A stretch of DNA of 62,999 bases, the filler included, from Aduncisulcus paluster (taxonomy: Eukaryota): NCBI GenBank assembly GCA_024181965.1. It is 11 parts of 11 records of this genome, joined end to end, with 100 filler letters (N's around TTAATTAATTAA, not from the genome) between each part and the next. Parts side by side here need not be neighbours in the genome. Positions count along the whole stretch, not along the records: positions 30,377 to 53,112 come from BQXS01009757.1; positions 53,213 to 55,492 come from BQXS01009758.1; positions 55,593 to 57,359 come from BQXS01009759.1; positions 57,460 to 59,053 come from BQXS01009760.1; 7 more parts are not named here. One strand, 5' to 3'. A model generated the notes under the pieces. It was not told the DNA's origin. It saw only the letters and a list, made by a program, of their open reading frames with translations, and did not search any database. The first letter of the stretch is position 1. Each line of letters starts with the position of its first letter. The position numbers and the translations under genes are program-made. Below are positions 46,312 through 57,604 of the stretch, in pieces.

Positions 46312-47679
46312 ATGAGTATTCATATTCTTAATCAAAGTTCTTCTCATTTTTCCCAATCATTGCCCTCTGATGATCCTAAAACCTTCCTCCATCTCATTTA
46401 TAAGGAACTCGAGGATATAAAGAATGTTATTGATCGTTGCAAAAAAAAATGGGATGATATACGAGGATTTATCTTCTCTGATCCTAATTTCGTTCTGTTT
46501 TCAAGCTCTCGAATTTTTGAGGTCCTTTCTATAAAACAAGAGAAATGCAATGATTTATTTATGAAATTTTCTTTTATTGAACACAAGCTTTCAATTGATG
46601 GAATATCCGATGTTTCAAAAAAGATCACAAGAATTTTGAGAAATGTTCAGATTTTGAAGGTGCTTGTTTATAATGATGTTATTTTCAATTTATCAAGTAT
46701 AAAAAGACAATTTTTAGAATTTAAAAGGGAGAAAATACCAGATTTTCCCCATTTACTCCGTGATTCCTCGATTTCTGAACTTAGTTTTTTTTCTATTTTT
46801 CTCTCTATTTTTCCCCTTGAAAAGAGTGATGAAAATTGGCTGTGCAAAACATTATTTGAAAATGCTCGACTCCTTTCCCCTCTTCAATTTCGAGATAGAT
46901 CTCGTGCAAAATCCACAAACATTCGTGAAATAATATCTTTCTTCGAGCTTCGTAAAATTTGTACCCATGTTGATTGGAACGGAAAAGAAAGACAATTGTA
47001 TTGTGATAAAAATCAAAACATTATCGGAGCTTTTCTAAATCAGACAGAATTTGACATCGAAAAGAGTTATTATTTTGATATTTTAAAGCCTAAGCCAGAA
47101 TCAGACCTTTCTGCACAGTCTTATTGTTTTTCTCTCTGTCCAATAGGATATTTAGACGTTCAAGATACAAATTTTTCTCATTTTATCATTTTCCCCTATT
47201 TCTGCCGGTTTTCTCAGCTGAATCCGACTCAAAAATCAGATTTGATCGATTCTGGTGACGTTTCATCAATTATTATGTCTCAAAGGGATCTAAAAATAGA
47301 TTCGAGCATGGGTCGTTCTCCCGCTGCTCTCTTTGTCACCAAAAGGCATGGACATTGGACTTTCGTCACGAAACGTGTCTCTTCATCTTCCATTTCACCT
47401 CATTCTTGGGATGCTTGGAAGGATTGTCTGGCTGGGTGTGAATCTCATGATCTTTCTCAATATCTATTCGATATTTTGCTGGGGAAATATTCAAAAACTG
47501 CATTAACCAAGATTACAGCTTCATCAAAACTCGATGAGACTACTATTTTGAAAGATATCGAGAGTAGAATTGGACAAGATGAAGAAAAACTCAAGAAAAA
47601 GGATGAAATTATGCGTTTACTCGAAAAAAGGGAAGAATTGACAGAAACGCTTGAGAAAATCAGTGGTTGTCGGAAATAA
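46312..47679 (+). CDS. Hypothetical protein
   Basis: 455-aa ATG ORF in AT-rich DNA with coiled-coil ends. Confidence 0.7.
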   Translation: MSIHILNQSSSHFSQSLPSDDPKTFLHLIYKELEDIKNVIDRCKKKWDDIRGFIFSDPNFVLFSSSRIFEVLSIKQEKCNDLFMKFSFIEHKLSIDGISDVSKKITRILRNVQILKVLVYNDVIFNLSSIKRQFLEFKREKIPDFPHLLRDSSISELSFFSIFLSIFPLEKSDENWLCKTLFENARLLSPLQFRDRSRAKSTNIREIISFFELRKICTHVDWNGKERQLYCDKNQNIIGAFLNQTEFDIEKSYYFDILKPKPESDLSAQSYCFSLCPIGYLDVQDTNFSHFIIFPYFCRFSQLNPTQKSDLIDSGDVSSIIMSQRDLKIDSSMGRSPAALFVTKRHGHWTFVTKRVSSSSISPHSWDAWKDCLAGCESHDLSQYLFDILLGKYSKTALTKITASSKLDETTILKDIESRIGQDEEKLKKKDEIMRLLEKREELTETLEKISGCRK

Positions 47680-47942
47680 AACAATTTCTCATCAATTGTC
47701 AACAATGTTGACTCAACATGTCAGCTTAAAACTGAGATTTTATCAATTTGTAGTGTAGAGCTCAACACTGTACAGTGTAGAGTGAAACATTACGTGAATT
47801 TCACGTTTGAAAATTTCAATTTGAAAACTATATTTTGTAGTACAAAATTTGTACAAAAACTTCCGATATCTCTATTTGAAATCCAATAGTAGGTTATGAC
47901 CAAACCATATGAATTCAATGCACAAAATATGTAATTTAGAAA

Positions 47943-48857
47943 TCAACGATTCTTCAATTTGGCAACAAGATACCTATTTCTGGCAATAAGCCCAATGATT
48001 ATAGCTGTAAGAAATCCAATAACAATGTTGGAAATAGGAGAAAACGCTTGAATACCATAATAAGAATTAGATAATCGACTAACAAGGGTCAGTATTGCTA
48101 CAATAAACGAAAAAACAATATTAGAAACAGCCCAAATGGAATGCAGCTGGCCAGTACAGCTGGTGGAATTGTCATAGTCAACATTTTCGGATGAAATCCA
48201 TTGATCATTTTTAAGCAGGCAATCAATGATAAAGCATACATTCTACATCAATAAAAAGAGTAATGTCGTGTTTTATGAACATAGGGAGTATGATTGAAGC
48301 GAATAGAGCTGGTAATGACACAAAAAATCCAGAGGGATTATTAAAAAACAGAGAACACATGTTCCATGAAGAGTATAAGAAAATCCATCCCAAAGATGTC
48401 GGAGAATGAAGCTCAAATGGATGATTTGGTGATATCAGCCAAGAATTTGGAAAAGGAAGTAGAAGAATGACAAAAACACTGGCAATAGAATTAAGAATGT
48501 TACGCTGTCAATTACTGCATTTGTTGTAATGTTTAACACAAATCCACCATACACAAAATTTATCATGCGATGATCACGTAAAATATCATCGAAAACAACG
48601 GGGAGCTTACTATCTTCGTAAAACCATGCAAATCTACATACAGAAAGGAAAACAGTCGGCAAAACCACGGACATATTTATCAGTTTTCCAACGATTCCAT
48701 TTGAACCCCGCCAAAAAGGGATAGCCAGAGCAGCAGCAATCCACATAAAGGTGCTGATCATGGAAAAATTAATACAAAACCATATAAACAAAATAACACT
48801 CCCACAAAATATTGCAGCAGAAGGAATATACACAAAAAGTTGTTTTATAAAAGTCAT
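47943..48857 (-). pseudogene. DUF5692-like multi-pass membrane protein gene with 2-3 frame breaks (pseudogene, recoded or mis-assembled)
   Basis: Successive open segments in different frames carry collinear motifs: KLINMSVV...CRF, LNI, NILNSIAS, GWIFLYSSWN, RMYAL, terminal TM helices. Confidence 0.5.
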
Positions 48858-49367
48858 TTGATGTCAAATTACTGCATTTTACATAAATGTTGATTCTAGA
48901 TTGAAACACAGGAATGTGGTCAATAATTTTAGGAGAAAAATGAGAAAATGTATCATATTATAAATAAATTATAATCAATTACCCGAATAACTAGAAATAT
49001 TCAAGAGTATTGAGATGTCATAGTAATATCCTATGAATGGATTAAATTTTGTTAAAATGACTGGATTAAAATATTTCTGGCGAGTAGATTAGAACAGATT
49101 AAGATATTTATATGAGAATTGACTTAAAATTGCAACATCCATATTTGACCATCACTGATGAACTGGCAGTTCTGATAGTTTATTAGTGAATAATCAAACA
49201 AAGAATAATAAAAATCTTATTAAAAACTAAATTAAAATATAAATGTATTACATAAACATTTAATATGGTTTCTCACAAACAAAACCAACATATTTATATA
49301 ACCAAGACCACACAGACTTAATAACAATCATTCCAATATCAATTCTGAATATTGTTCAAATTCAACC

Positions 49368-50087
49368 TTAAGCAACTGGTTTCTTTGCCTTTCCCTCCCA
49401 CTTTTTAGCTCTTTTTTTCATTTTCATCCTCTTCTTTTCTTCCCTTTCCTTTCTTTTTGTCTTCAATGCTGCTGTCTGATCGTCATCAAGAAATAATTCA
49501 GAATATTTTGTGAAATATATGATTCCAGATAGAAATGTCAATAAAGCAGCACCGAAAAATGATCCTATTCCAACCCAATAGAGATATCTGAAAAGATCAT
49601 GCTCTTTGGTTAAAGGAACAACTTCCATGGCAGCCCTTCGAGCAAGCATGATGCAAATAGAGACCATTTGAAGAGCTGTTTTAATCTTTCCATGTTTCTC
49701 AGCAGATAGAACTTGATTACGAGCAGCAGCTACAAGACGAAGCCCCGTGACAAGAAATTCACGAGACAATATTAAGAGGATTGGGAATAGATACCATTTG
49801 GGAAACTCGCCAATAACAAGAAGAGTCACAAGGACTCCTGTTGTGAGAACTTTATCAGTAATGGCATCAAACAAAATCCCGAACACGCTAACTGTCCCAA
49901 GAGAACGGGCAACAGCACCATCTAGAGCATCTGTAATTGAGAAGAAAATAAAGGAAACAAAGGCACATGTCTGGCTATACTTGAATTTAAGAAACAAAAA
50001 GCAAGTTACAAGGAATAAACCAATAACCCGTGATAATGATAACAAATTAGCTATTTGCTTTTCAAAGCCAGTTCGTTTGATTGCCAT
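49368..50087 (-). CDS. pgsA: CDP-diacylglycerol--glycerol-3-phosphate 3-phosphatidyltransferase, PgsA type
   Basis: ANLLSLSR, CDP-alcohol motif DALDGAVAR...G...DAITDK, REFLVTGLR, GKIKTALQM. Confidence 0.9.
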   Translation of the reverse strand: MAIKRTGFEKQIANLLSLSRVIGLFLVTCFLFLKFKYSQTCAFVSFIFFSITDALDGAVARSLGTVSVFGILFDAITDKVLTTGVLVTLLVIGEFPKWYLFPILLILSREFLVTGLRLVAAARNQVLSAEKHGKIKTALQMVSICIMLARRAAMEVVPLTKEHDLFRYLYWVGIGSFFGAALLTFLSGIIYFTKYSELFLDDDQTAALKTKRKEREEKKRMKMKKRAKKWEGKAKKPVA

Positions 50088-50293
50088 TATAATCTGAACG
50101 AGGAGAAAGAAATCATTTCATTATATCAAGTTGATTGATATAATCAAATAAAATGCAACAAAGGTAAATTGAAATAAATTTGTATATTTAAATCTGTCTC
50201 CCTCACGAAAAATAAAAAAATAATACTATCTTCGATGTTTTGGATCAACTTACAGTTCCTCTTTATTTGGTTGTTTTTGTGAAATGAAGAAAT

Positions 50294-53112
50294 ATGATTC
50301 GCTTTAAATTAGTTACATACGATACGTATAATGCCAACAATATAGATATTATTAATGTTTTCCCTCAAAAAACCATTAAATCGACAGTATCAAAGAAATC
50401 ACCAATTATTCGGACCTTTGGAAGAGTAGAAATTCTCCATCCCGAATCTAACCGTCTAATTTCATCATGTAAAGCATGTATACATATTCATGGGCTCTTC
50501 CCATATTTGTATCTTCCAATTCCGAAGCAAGTATCAAATGTTGAGATTCTTTCACGGTTTTTATTACGTCTGCGTAGAGATATTGAGGTTACTATGTCTC
50601 AAAAGCTTCCATTTATGCCCACTCCCTTTCACCATCACATCTCTCTCTCTCGTTCCATTAATGTCTATGGATTTCACTCTTCGCCAACTTTACTTGTCCG
50701 AATATCCCTATTCTATGAAAGTCATGTCAAGATCCTTGCTGATATTGCCCGAAATGGAGGTTTGTGTAGTTGTATTCTCCGACCATTCGATGCACATCTT
50801 CCATATAGATTAAACTTCCTTGTTGATTACGATATAAACCCACTTAAATATACAAGTGTTCAAACAGGTGGATTTTGTATTAGAAGAGCTTATTTGGATG
50901 GTACCTCGATCGTAAATAAGAAGGTATCCTGGAGTGGAAAAGATAAGATCATTGATTCGCACCAAATGAAGATGTGTTGTTTCGGAAGGAATGAAATGCC
51001 CTCAGATGTTAATGGTAGTTCTTCAAGGATTCCAATGGAAGGTGAAATTGAGAAAGTTGCTGCTTCTCAACTTCCAAAAATAGATACGGACCGAAAACAA
51101 TCATTATTAAGTGAACAAACATTTCAAACACCTAAACCTGCGAATTCTGCAACTATATTAGCATCATCATCTGCAGAAATTCATCCATTGTTCCCAATTA
51201 CTCCAAACTTTGCTTCTCAATCTATTTTTAGACAATCTATTTTTAGACAATCTACCATTCTCGATAAATCAGCCAATCCTCTCTCTTCTTCTCCTCTCTC
51301 TTCTTCTCCTCTCTCTCCTTTCTCTTCTCCTTTCTCCTCCGCCTCTTCTCCTTCTTCTTTTTCCTTGAATGAACCTTACTCTCCTTTCTTTGTTCCTCTA
51401 TCTCCCTTCAGACCTTTCTCAACTCTTCCACTCGAAATAGACATTCATTGTTTTTACATTATTGGAACAGGCCAAAAATATACATCTGAGAAACTACTGC
51501 TCTTTCTCTNNNNNNNNNNNNNNNNNNNNCAATCTATTTTTAGACAATCTATTTTTAGACAATCTACCATTCTCGATAAATCAGCCAATCCTCTCTCTTC
51601 TTCTCCTCTCTCTTCTTCTCCTCTCTCTCCTTTCTCTTCTCCTTTCTCCTCCGCCTCTTCTCCTTCTTCTTTTTCCTTGAATGAACCTTACTCTCCTTTC
51701 TTTGTTCCTCTATCTCCCTTCAGACCTTTCTCAACTCTTCCACTCGAAATAGACATTCATTGTTTTTACATTATTGGAACAGGCCAAAAATATACATCTG
51801 AGAAACTACTGCCTCTTTCTCTTCAGCTTCTTCCAAATCTTGCAAGAGAAGATCCATCAAGTGGCTTGAAGAAAGGAGAAGATGTAGAAAAGAAGAGGAA
51901 GCAAGAAGAGAAATATTTCAATTTAAAATATATCACAAAATGCATTCCTGGATGGTCACATGGTCGATGTATGGGAAAAAATGATATTTGTGAACTAAAA
52001 ACTCTGAGAGAAGTAAGAAATAGCGTTGAAAAAGTGAAATCCCACGGAGCATATGAATGGCTTGAAGAATACGATGGTGAATCAATCGATAAACTTAAAT
52101 TCAACAAGGGGAAAAGAGTAAGAAATGGAATTATCGAAGCAAATAATCCATTTCATTTCGGAAGACAAACAAGAATAGAAAAAGACAAAGGACAAAAGAA
52201 AGAGAAAGGGCTCAATGTTGATCATTCTTTTCCTGAAGATAGTGATCTTATACGTGGGATACCTTCAAAAGGAGAAATGCGGAAAAGAGAAGCTCAAGTA
52301 CGAGATAAAATATTCAATATTCATGAAAAAGAAAGAGAAAGAATAATACATCCTATAAGAAAAGAAGAAGAGAGAGGAGAGAAAGAAAAAGAAGAAGAGA
52401 GAGGAGAGAAAGAAGGAATGGAACTAAAACAAACTGTTAAATTACACAAAAAGAATTCCATAACTTCCTCCTCCTCTTCCTTCTCTTTTTCTTCAAACTC
52501 AAATAATAATTCTGAACATTGTACGTTATCTATGCTTGATTGGCTTCAAGGAAACGAAGAAGAAGAGAAAGGAAACAAAGAAAAGGAAGAGAAAGAGGAA
52601 GAAAACGAAGAAGAGAAAGAGGTAGAAGCTATGATTGAAATTGAAATTGAAGAATCACATAAATCAAAAGGAGGAGAAGAAGAAAAAGAAGAAGAAGAAG
52701 AAAGAAACTATGAAGTTCCAAAGAATTTAAATGTCAAATCCACTCCCCAGAAACTTGTTGATCCAGAATCTCTTCAATCGTCTCTCGTATCAACTATAAA
52801 ACAGATATTTCCACCAAGAATGTCACCCTATTTCCTTCATCCGTCACACCTATCTCCTTATTCACGTTCTCTCTCCTTTGCTGGCATAGAATATGAGTGG
52901 GACAATGGAATTATGTGGAAAAAAAGGAAAGGGATGGAAATATTTGAAAGACCAGAGATGTTAAATTATTGTTCACCAAGTTTTATACCAAATTCTTTGA
53001 ATTTTAACACATATTTTTACGCTACAACTTTAGTTTCTCCTCAAATACCTTCAAAATCACTCTCATGTATCTCTTCTGTTTCTTATGGGGTTGGAATGGC
53101 ATTAAATAAGCC
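50294..53112 (+). CDS. REV3: DNA polymerase zeta catalytic subunit, N-terminal part, 3'-partial
   Basis: PIIRTFG...ACIHIHGLFPYLY...YGFH...PFDAHLPYRLNFLVDY...LEID, characteristic of the REV3 N-terminal domain. Confidence 0.82.
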
Positions 53113-53212
53113 NNNNNNNNNNNNNNNNNNNNNNNNNNNNNNNNNNNNNNNNNNNNTTAATTAATTAANNNNNNNNNNNNNNNNNNNNNNNNNNNNNNNN
53201 NNNNNNNNNNNN

Positions 53213-55492
53213 CAGTGACATTTTAATTGCTGCAACACACGAAGACGAAGATAAACGGAATATTGTGGATATACTCACCCATGCAATCCGATGGGGCCTC
53301 CCAAAAGAGGCCCACCTAGGTGTATCCTCCATGCTGAGGAAGAACGCCAAGGACAAGAAAGATATGAGTGGATATAGACCAATAATCGTATCCTCCTTGA
53401 TTACTCGACTGGTATCGAGAGCCTTAACTATCCACCATAAGAAGAAACTCCAAAAGAGTGTGCCGAATTCACAGGTATGCTTTGGCGTAAGCGATGGGCC
53501 ACTGAAACATCTTGAGTCCATTGATGCATATTCAAGAGTGGCACTCAAAGCTGGTAAACCAGCGTATGCATTATCGATGGACGTCGCCAACGCTTTTTCT
53601 TCAGTCTCCCAGGAACATGTTGCCAAGGCAATGGAGGAGTGGGAACTCCCCAATACGATCAAACACTACACAAACAACGCTATGAAACAGACACAGGCTG
53701 TTTATTACGACAAGGGTACGGCCCACCTGAAAGAAGTTACATCAGGAGTTGTCCAGGGCGACCCAATGTCATCGATAATATTCGCGATAACCCTTAGCAA
53801 GGAAATGAAAGAATGTGAGAAGCGAGTACAAGTGAGTGAGTGGCTCGACCAGAAAGAACTGGAGATAAGGCCTATGTTCTGTTTTGCAGATGATGCACTG
53901 ATAATAGGTCCAGACCCAGAGAACCTCATTGATGCTGCAAAGAAGTTCGGCTACGATATCAAGAAACTCGGTCTTCACATAAACATATCTAAAACGAAAC
54001 TAATAGCCCTCAACGAAAAGGCGAAGAAAGGATCCTCCTGGGATTGGAAGACGAAGGATGAATCGGTACCAGCAGAGAGTGAATCTGGCAACAATGTCGC
54101 GAAGCTCAAATCAATCACGTGCGGTGAATACCTGGGCACATATATTGGCAGTGCGGAGGAAGAAATCGATAGATTGTATGAGAAGAAGCTGAAGGATTTC
54201 CTAGACCACACCATCCTCTTGGCGCGGAATTGGTCACCACAACATGTGATGCACACTCTCAGGGTATCGCGAATACCAGAGCTAGCTTATGAAATGAGAG
54301 TTGGAAGAGTGAAAGTGAAGGCTCTGAAAGACTTTGACGTTGCATTGGCCGCAACGTTGAAGCGGGAGGGTGTCATACCTCCCATCAAAACACAGTATGT
54401 GTTTATGAAAATCAACGATGGAGGCTTGGGCATACCATCTCTCCTACACACACGAATGGAAGCACTGAGAAAAGGGGCAAGCGTGTTTCAAGATTACGAC
54501 GCTCCTTTATTTAACGTTGCGAAGGATGTGCTTGGATCGATTGCATCGCTTCAGAATGCAGCGGTGAGATGCCTCGAAGGTGGCGCCACCCCTCAACCTG
54601 AAGACATACAAGCCCTGATCGATCGTTGGAAGGGATACCTCGTCACCGAGCCATCACCTTACAAGATTACAAGGGAACACAATGATGATACGGGATCTTT
54701 GGAATCAATCACTGCTCCATCTTACATTGAAGCTGCGAACCGTTGTACTAACAATTTCAACAATGTCCTCCTCAAAAATGGTCCGAGGAGAGGGTTTGCA
54801 CTGAATGCAGGACAGTGGATTAGATTGCTGAGAGAGAGATACAACCGAAGTCTGGAACCTCGACGACGAGAAGGCGTGAAATGTCCACTCGGATGCAACG
54901 AACGAGTCTGCAATGGTCATTTCTCTGCCTGTCGGAAGAATGCCGCATCGACCAAATACAAACATGATAGAGTCACGGCCGCAGTCAACAAGGCTCTTCG
55001 TTTCACTGGTCATATGACGAACACGGAAGACCTATCCGTGACATTGACAACCAAAAACCCCCGGACGATCCCAAGGAGCGACATTACATCAACCAAAACA
55101 CAAGGCAAAAACGCTGGCTCCTATGTCTTTGACGTGGTGATCACAGGGGGATGGAGGGGTAGAGCAGCACCCCAGACAAGACTAGGTCAAGCTGCTATGA
55201 GAGAAGCCACAACCAAGTTGAGGAAGTACGATGGACTTAATTTATCATACTCATTTGTCCCTCTTGCTTTTGAAACATCTGGTTTGATGGCTCAGGAAAC
55301 TGCAACTTTCTTTAGAGAGCATTTCTCCTACAGAGTTGCAAGAAGAACCCTCTTTGAGATAGCGACGATCATCGCAAGGGGGGAACACTATGCTTGGTCC
55401 AAGTCATTGAATGCGACCGTTATCGGTTCTTCAACGATACAGGCCGAGGAAATCACTGCTTTTTATGAGCAATGATTGACATAACTTAAACA
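53213..55492 (+). mobile_element. Non-LTR retrotransposon, RT + CCHC + restriction-like endonuclease (CRE/R2-group-like); ORF 53214-55475 intact, 5'-partial
   Basis: YRPI, DVANAF, GVVQGDPMS, FADD, YLG, GGLG, then CPLGC-x7-HFSAC, KHD, RSD, FDV, REATTKLRKY, FVPLAFETSG. Confidence 0.9.
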
Positions 55493-56175
55493 NNNNNNNN
55501 NNNNNNNNNNNNNNNNNNNNNNNNNNNNNNNNNNNNTTAATTAATTAANNNNNNNNNNNNNNNNNNNNNNNNNNNNNNNNNNNNNNNNNNNNCCCCCGCC
55601 CCAGATACCATCCTGACTACTCTTGCTTGACTCTCTGATTTCGGTCTGATGACCTCAAATACCTTCTATTCTATACTCTCCTATTCCGTTATGAGTCTCC
55701 AACTCTCTCTCTGTTATACCCTACCCCTTATCACATGACTCCTCTCTTACACATACAACTACCCATTTCCTTAAATTATATTTAGTGTTTAGAAACACTC
55801 ATTTTTATCTTTAAAATCTCTCAAAAAAAAAAAAACTGACAAAACAAACTTTCTAACCGACATTTTCTCACCCCTCTATAAACCCAGAACTCTTCATCTA
55901 TATCTCTATTCTGCTGCTCTATCCTTAAACATTCTTTCTCTATTATTCCCTTACTCTACTTAATTTCCTTCCTTCCTTTTCTGACGTCTGCTCCCCCCTT
56001 CAAACCACCAATGTCCTCCTTAAGAAAAGCACCTTCGCTCTGCCTAGTATTGTTGAAATTTGGTGTGAAGAGGAGGAGAGAGAAGACCTCTCAGCCCCAA
56101 CATCGGGCTGTGTGCCTCAACCTCGCCCCAAGAGCTTCTGCTCTAGGCCGGTTTAGGTGTTCTCCTAACTAATAA

Positions 56176-57359
56176 ACTGTAACTATACTGTACTATTATC
56201 ATTTCCACTCAAAGTGTTTTAAAGATCTGAAACAAGCAATCAACCCTGCTTCCCCAGCCTCAGCACCGACATCTGTCATCTCCGAATATGTCGAAAGATA
56301 TACCGAGGAACCAGAAGATATAGCTATTCCTCCAAGCCGATTCACCGGAGAAAAACTCAGGATTAACTCCGTCACTGTGAAGGAGGTCTATGCGTGCCTA
56401 AAGGGACTGAATTCAGCATCCGGCCCAGATGGAATGACTGCTAAATCGGCGAGAACCTTCTCGCCAGGGGTCTGGACAACCCTATTCAACCGCATTCTGG
56501 AGAAAGAGATTATTCCATCCCAATGGAGACACATCCGTGCTCGTGGAATCGACAAGGAAAACGGTAAGCCCGACGACGACATGGGAAGATGGAGACCGTT
56601 ATTCATCGCCAACGTTGGTTTAAGGTTGTTATCAGCCATACTCGCAAGAAGAATGACTCAGTGGACATCATACCACCGAGTAATCTCGGAATACCAAGTT
56701 GGATTCTTCCCAGTGAATGGAACTACCCTTAACATCTTTAAAGCTAGAGACCGCCTTCACCGGAAGGAAATAGCGGTATCTATCGACTTAACGGATGCCT
56801 TCGGCTCGGTCCATCACTCACTCCTGTCATCGGTCATTGATGACCTCACGGAAGGAAGCTTTAGGTCCTTCCTACACAACATAAGCAAACCTATCATTAA
56901 CCTCGGGGGATCATCGAAGAGGATCATCAGAGGATGCCCTCAAGGATCCCCACTATCTCCTCTACTGTTTAACTTATGCTTGGATAGAGCTATTCGGGAC
57001 GCTGACATTAGGGCCAATATTTTGGGCTACGCAGACGATATCATCTCTTTCGGAAAGAATCAGGAAGAATGTCAAGAGAGGACAGACCGGCTGATACTCC
57101 AGCTAAAAAACGTCTCTTTTGAGGTTAATCCATCGAAATGCTTCTCCATCAGCGCTGATTACATGTCAGTTGATGGCAGTCCGATCCCTAGAGGAACAGC
57201 CCTAGTGTCGAAATACCTTGGCATCGGTATAGAACCAGGAGTACCCATGTCATCGGCTTGCGCGACACAATTTCAATCGGCGCTGGTAGACGCCAGAAGA
57301 ATCGTACGACTCCCCCTCCTGCTATCTCACTTCATCATTGCAGCCAACACCTTTATAGT
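56176..57359 (+). mobile_element. Second non-LTR retrotransposon RT, apparently 5'-truncated, 3'-partial
   Basis: SASGPDG, WRPL, QVGF, DLTDAFGSV, GCPQGSPLSPLLFNL, YADD, NPSKC, YLG. In-frame stops at 56170-56175 and no ATG before the RT. Confidence 0.88.
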
Positions 57360-57604
57360 NNNNNNNNNNNNNNNNNNNNNNNNNNNNNNNNNNNNNNNNN
57401 NNNTTAATTAATTAANNNNNNNNNNNNNNNNNNNNNNNNNNNNNNNNNNNNNNNNNNNNTTGAAGTATTTTGTTTCGAGATGTTGCGAAATTTCCCAATA
57501 ATACATTAATTTTGAAAAAGCCTTAAATTGCCATCGAATACAAAGATAAACAAGTCAAATAAAAACATTTATTAAATTTATGAAAATATTATCCAGAGTT
57601 AGAT

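Noticed and set aside
49147-49166. TGATGA...CTGA as a C/D box snoRNA
   Set aside because: The boxes are only ~10 nt apart, leaving no room for guides.
1-53112. Apparent DNA replication/repair cluster (Ctf4, POLQ, REV3)
   Set aside because: The three genes are on different contigs, so their proximity is an artefact of concatenation.
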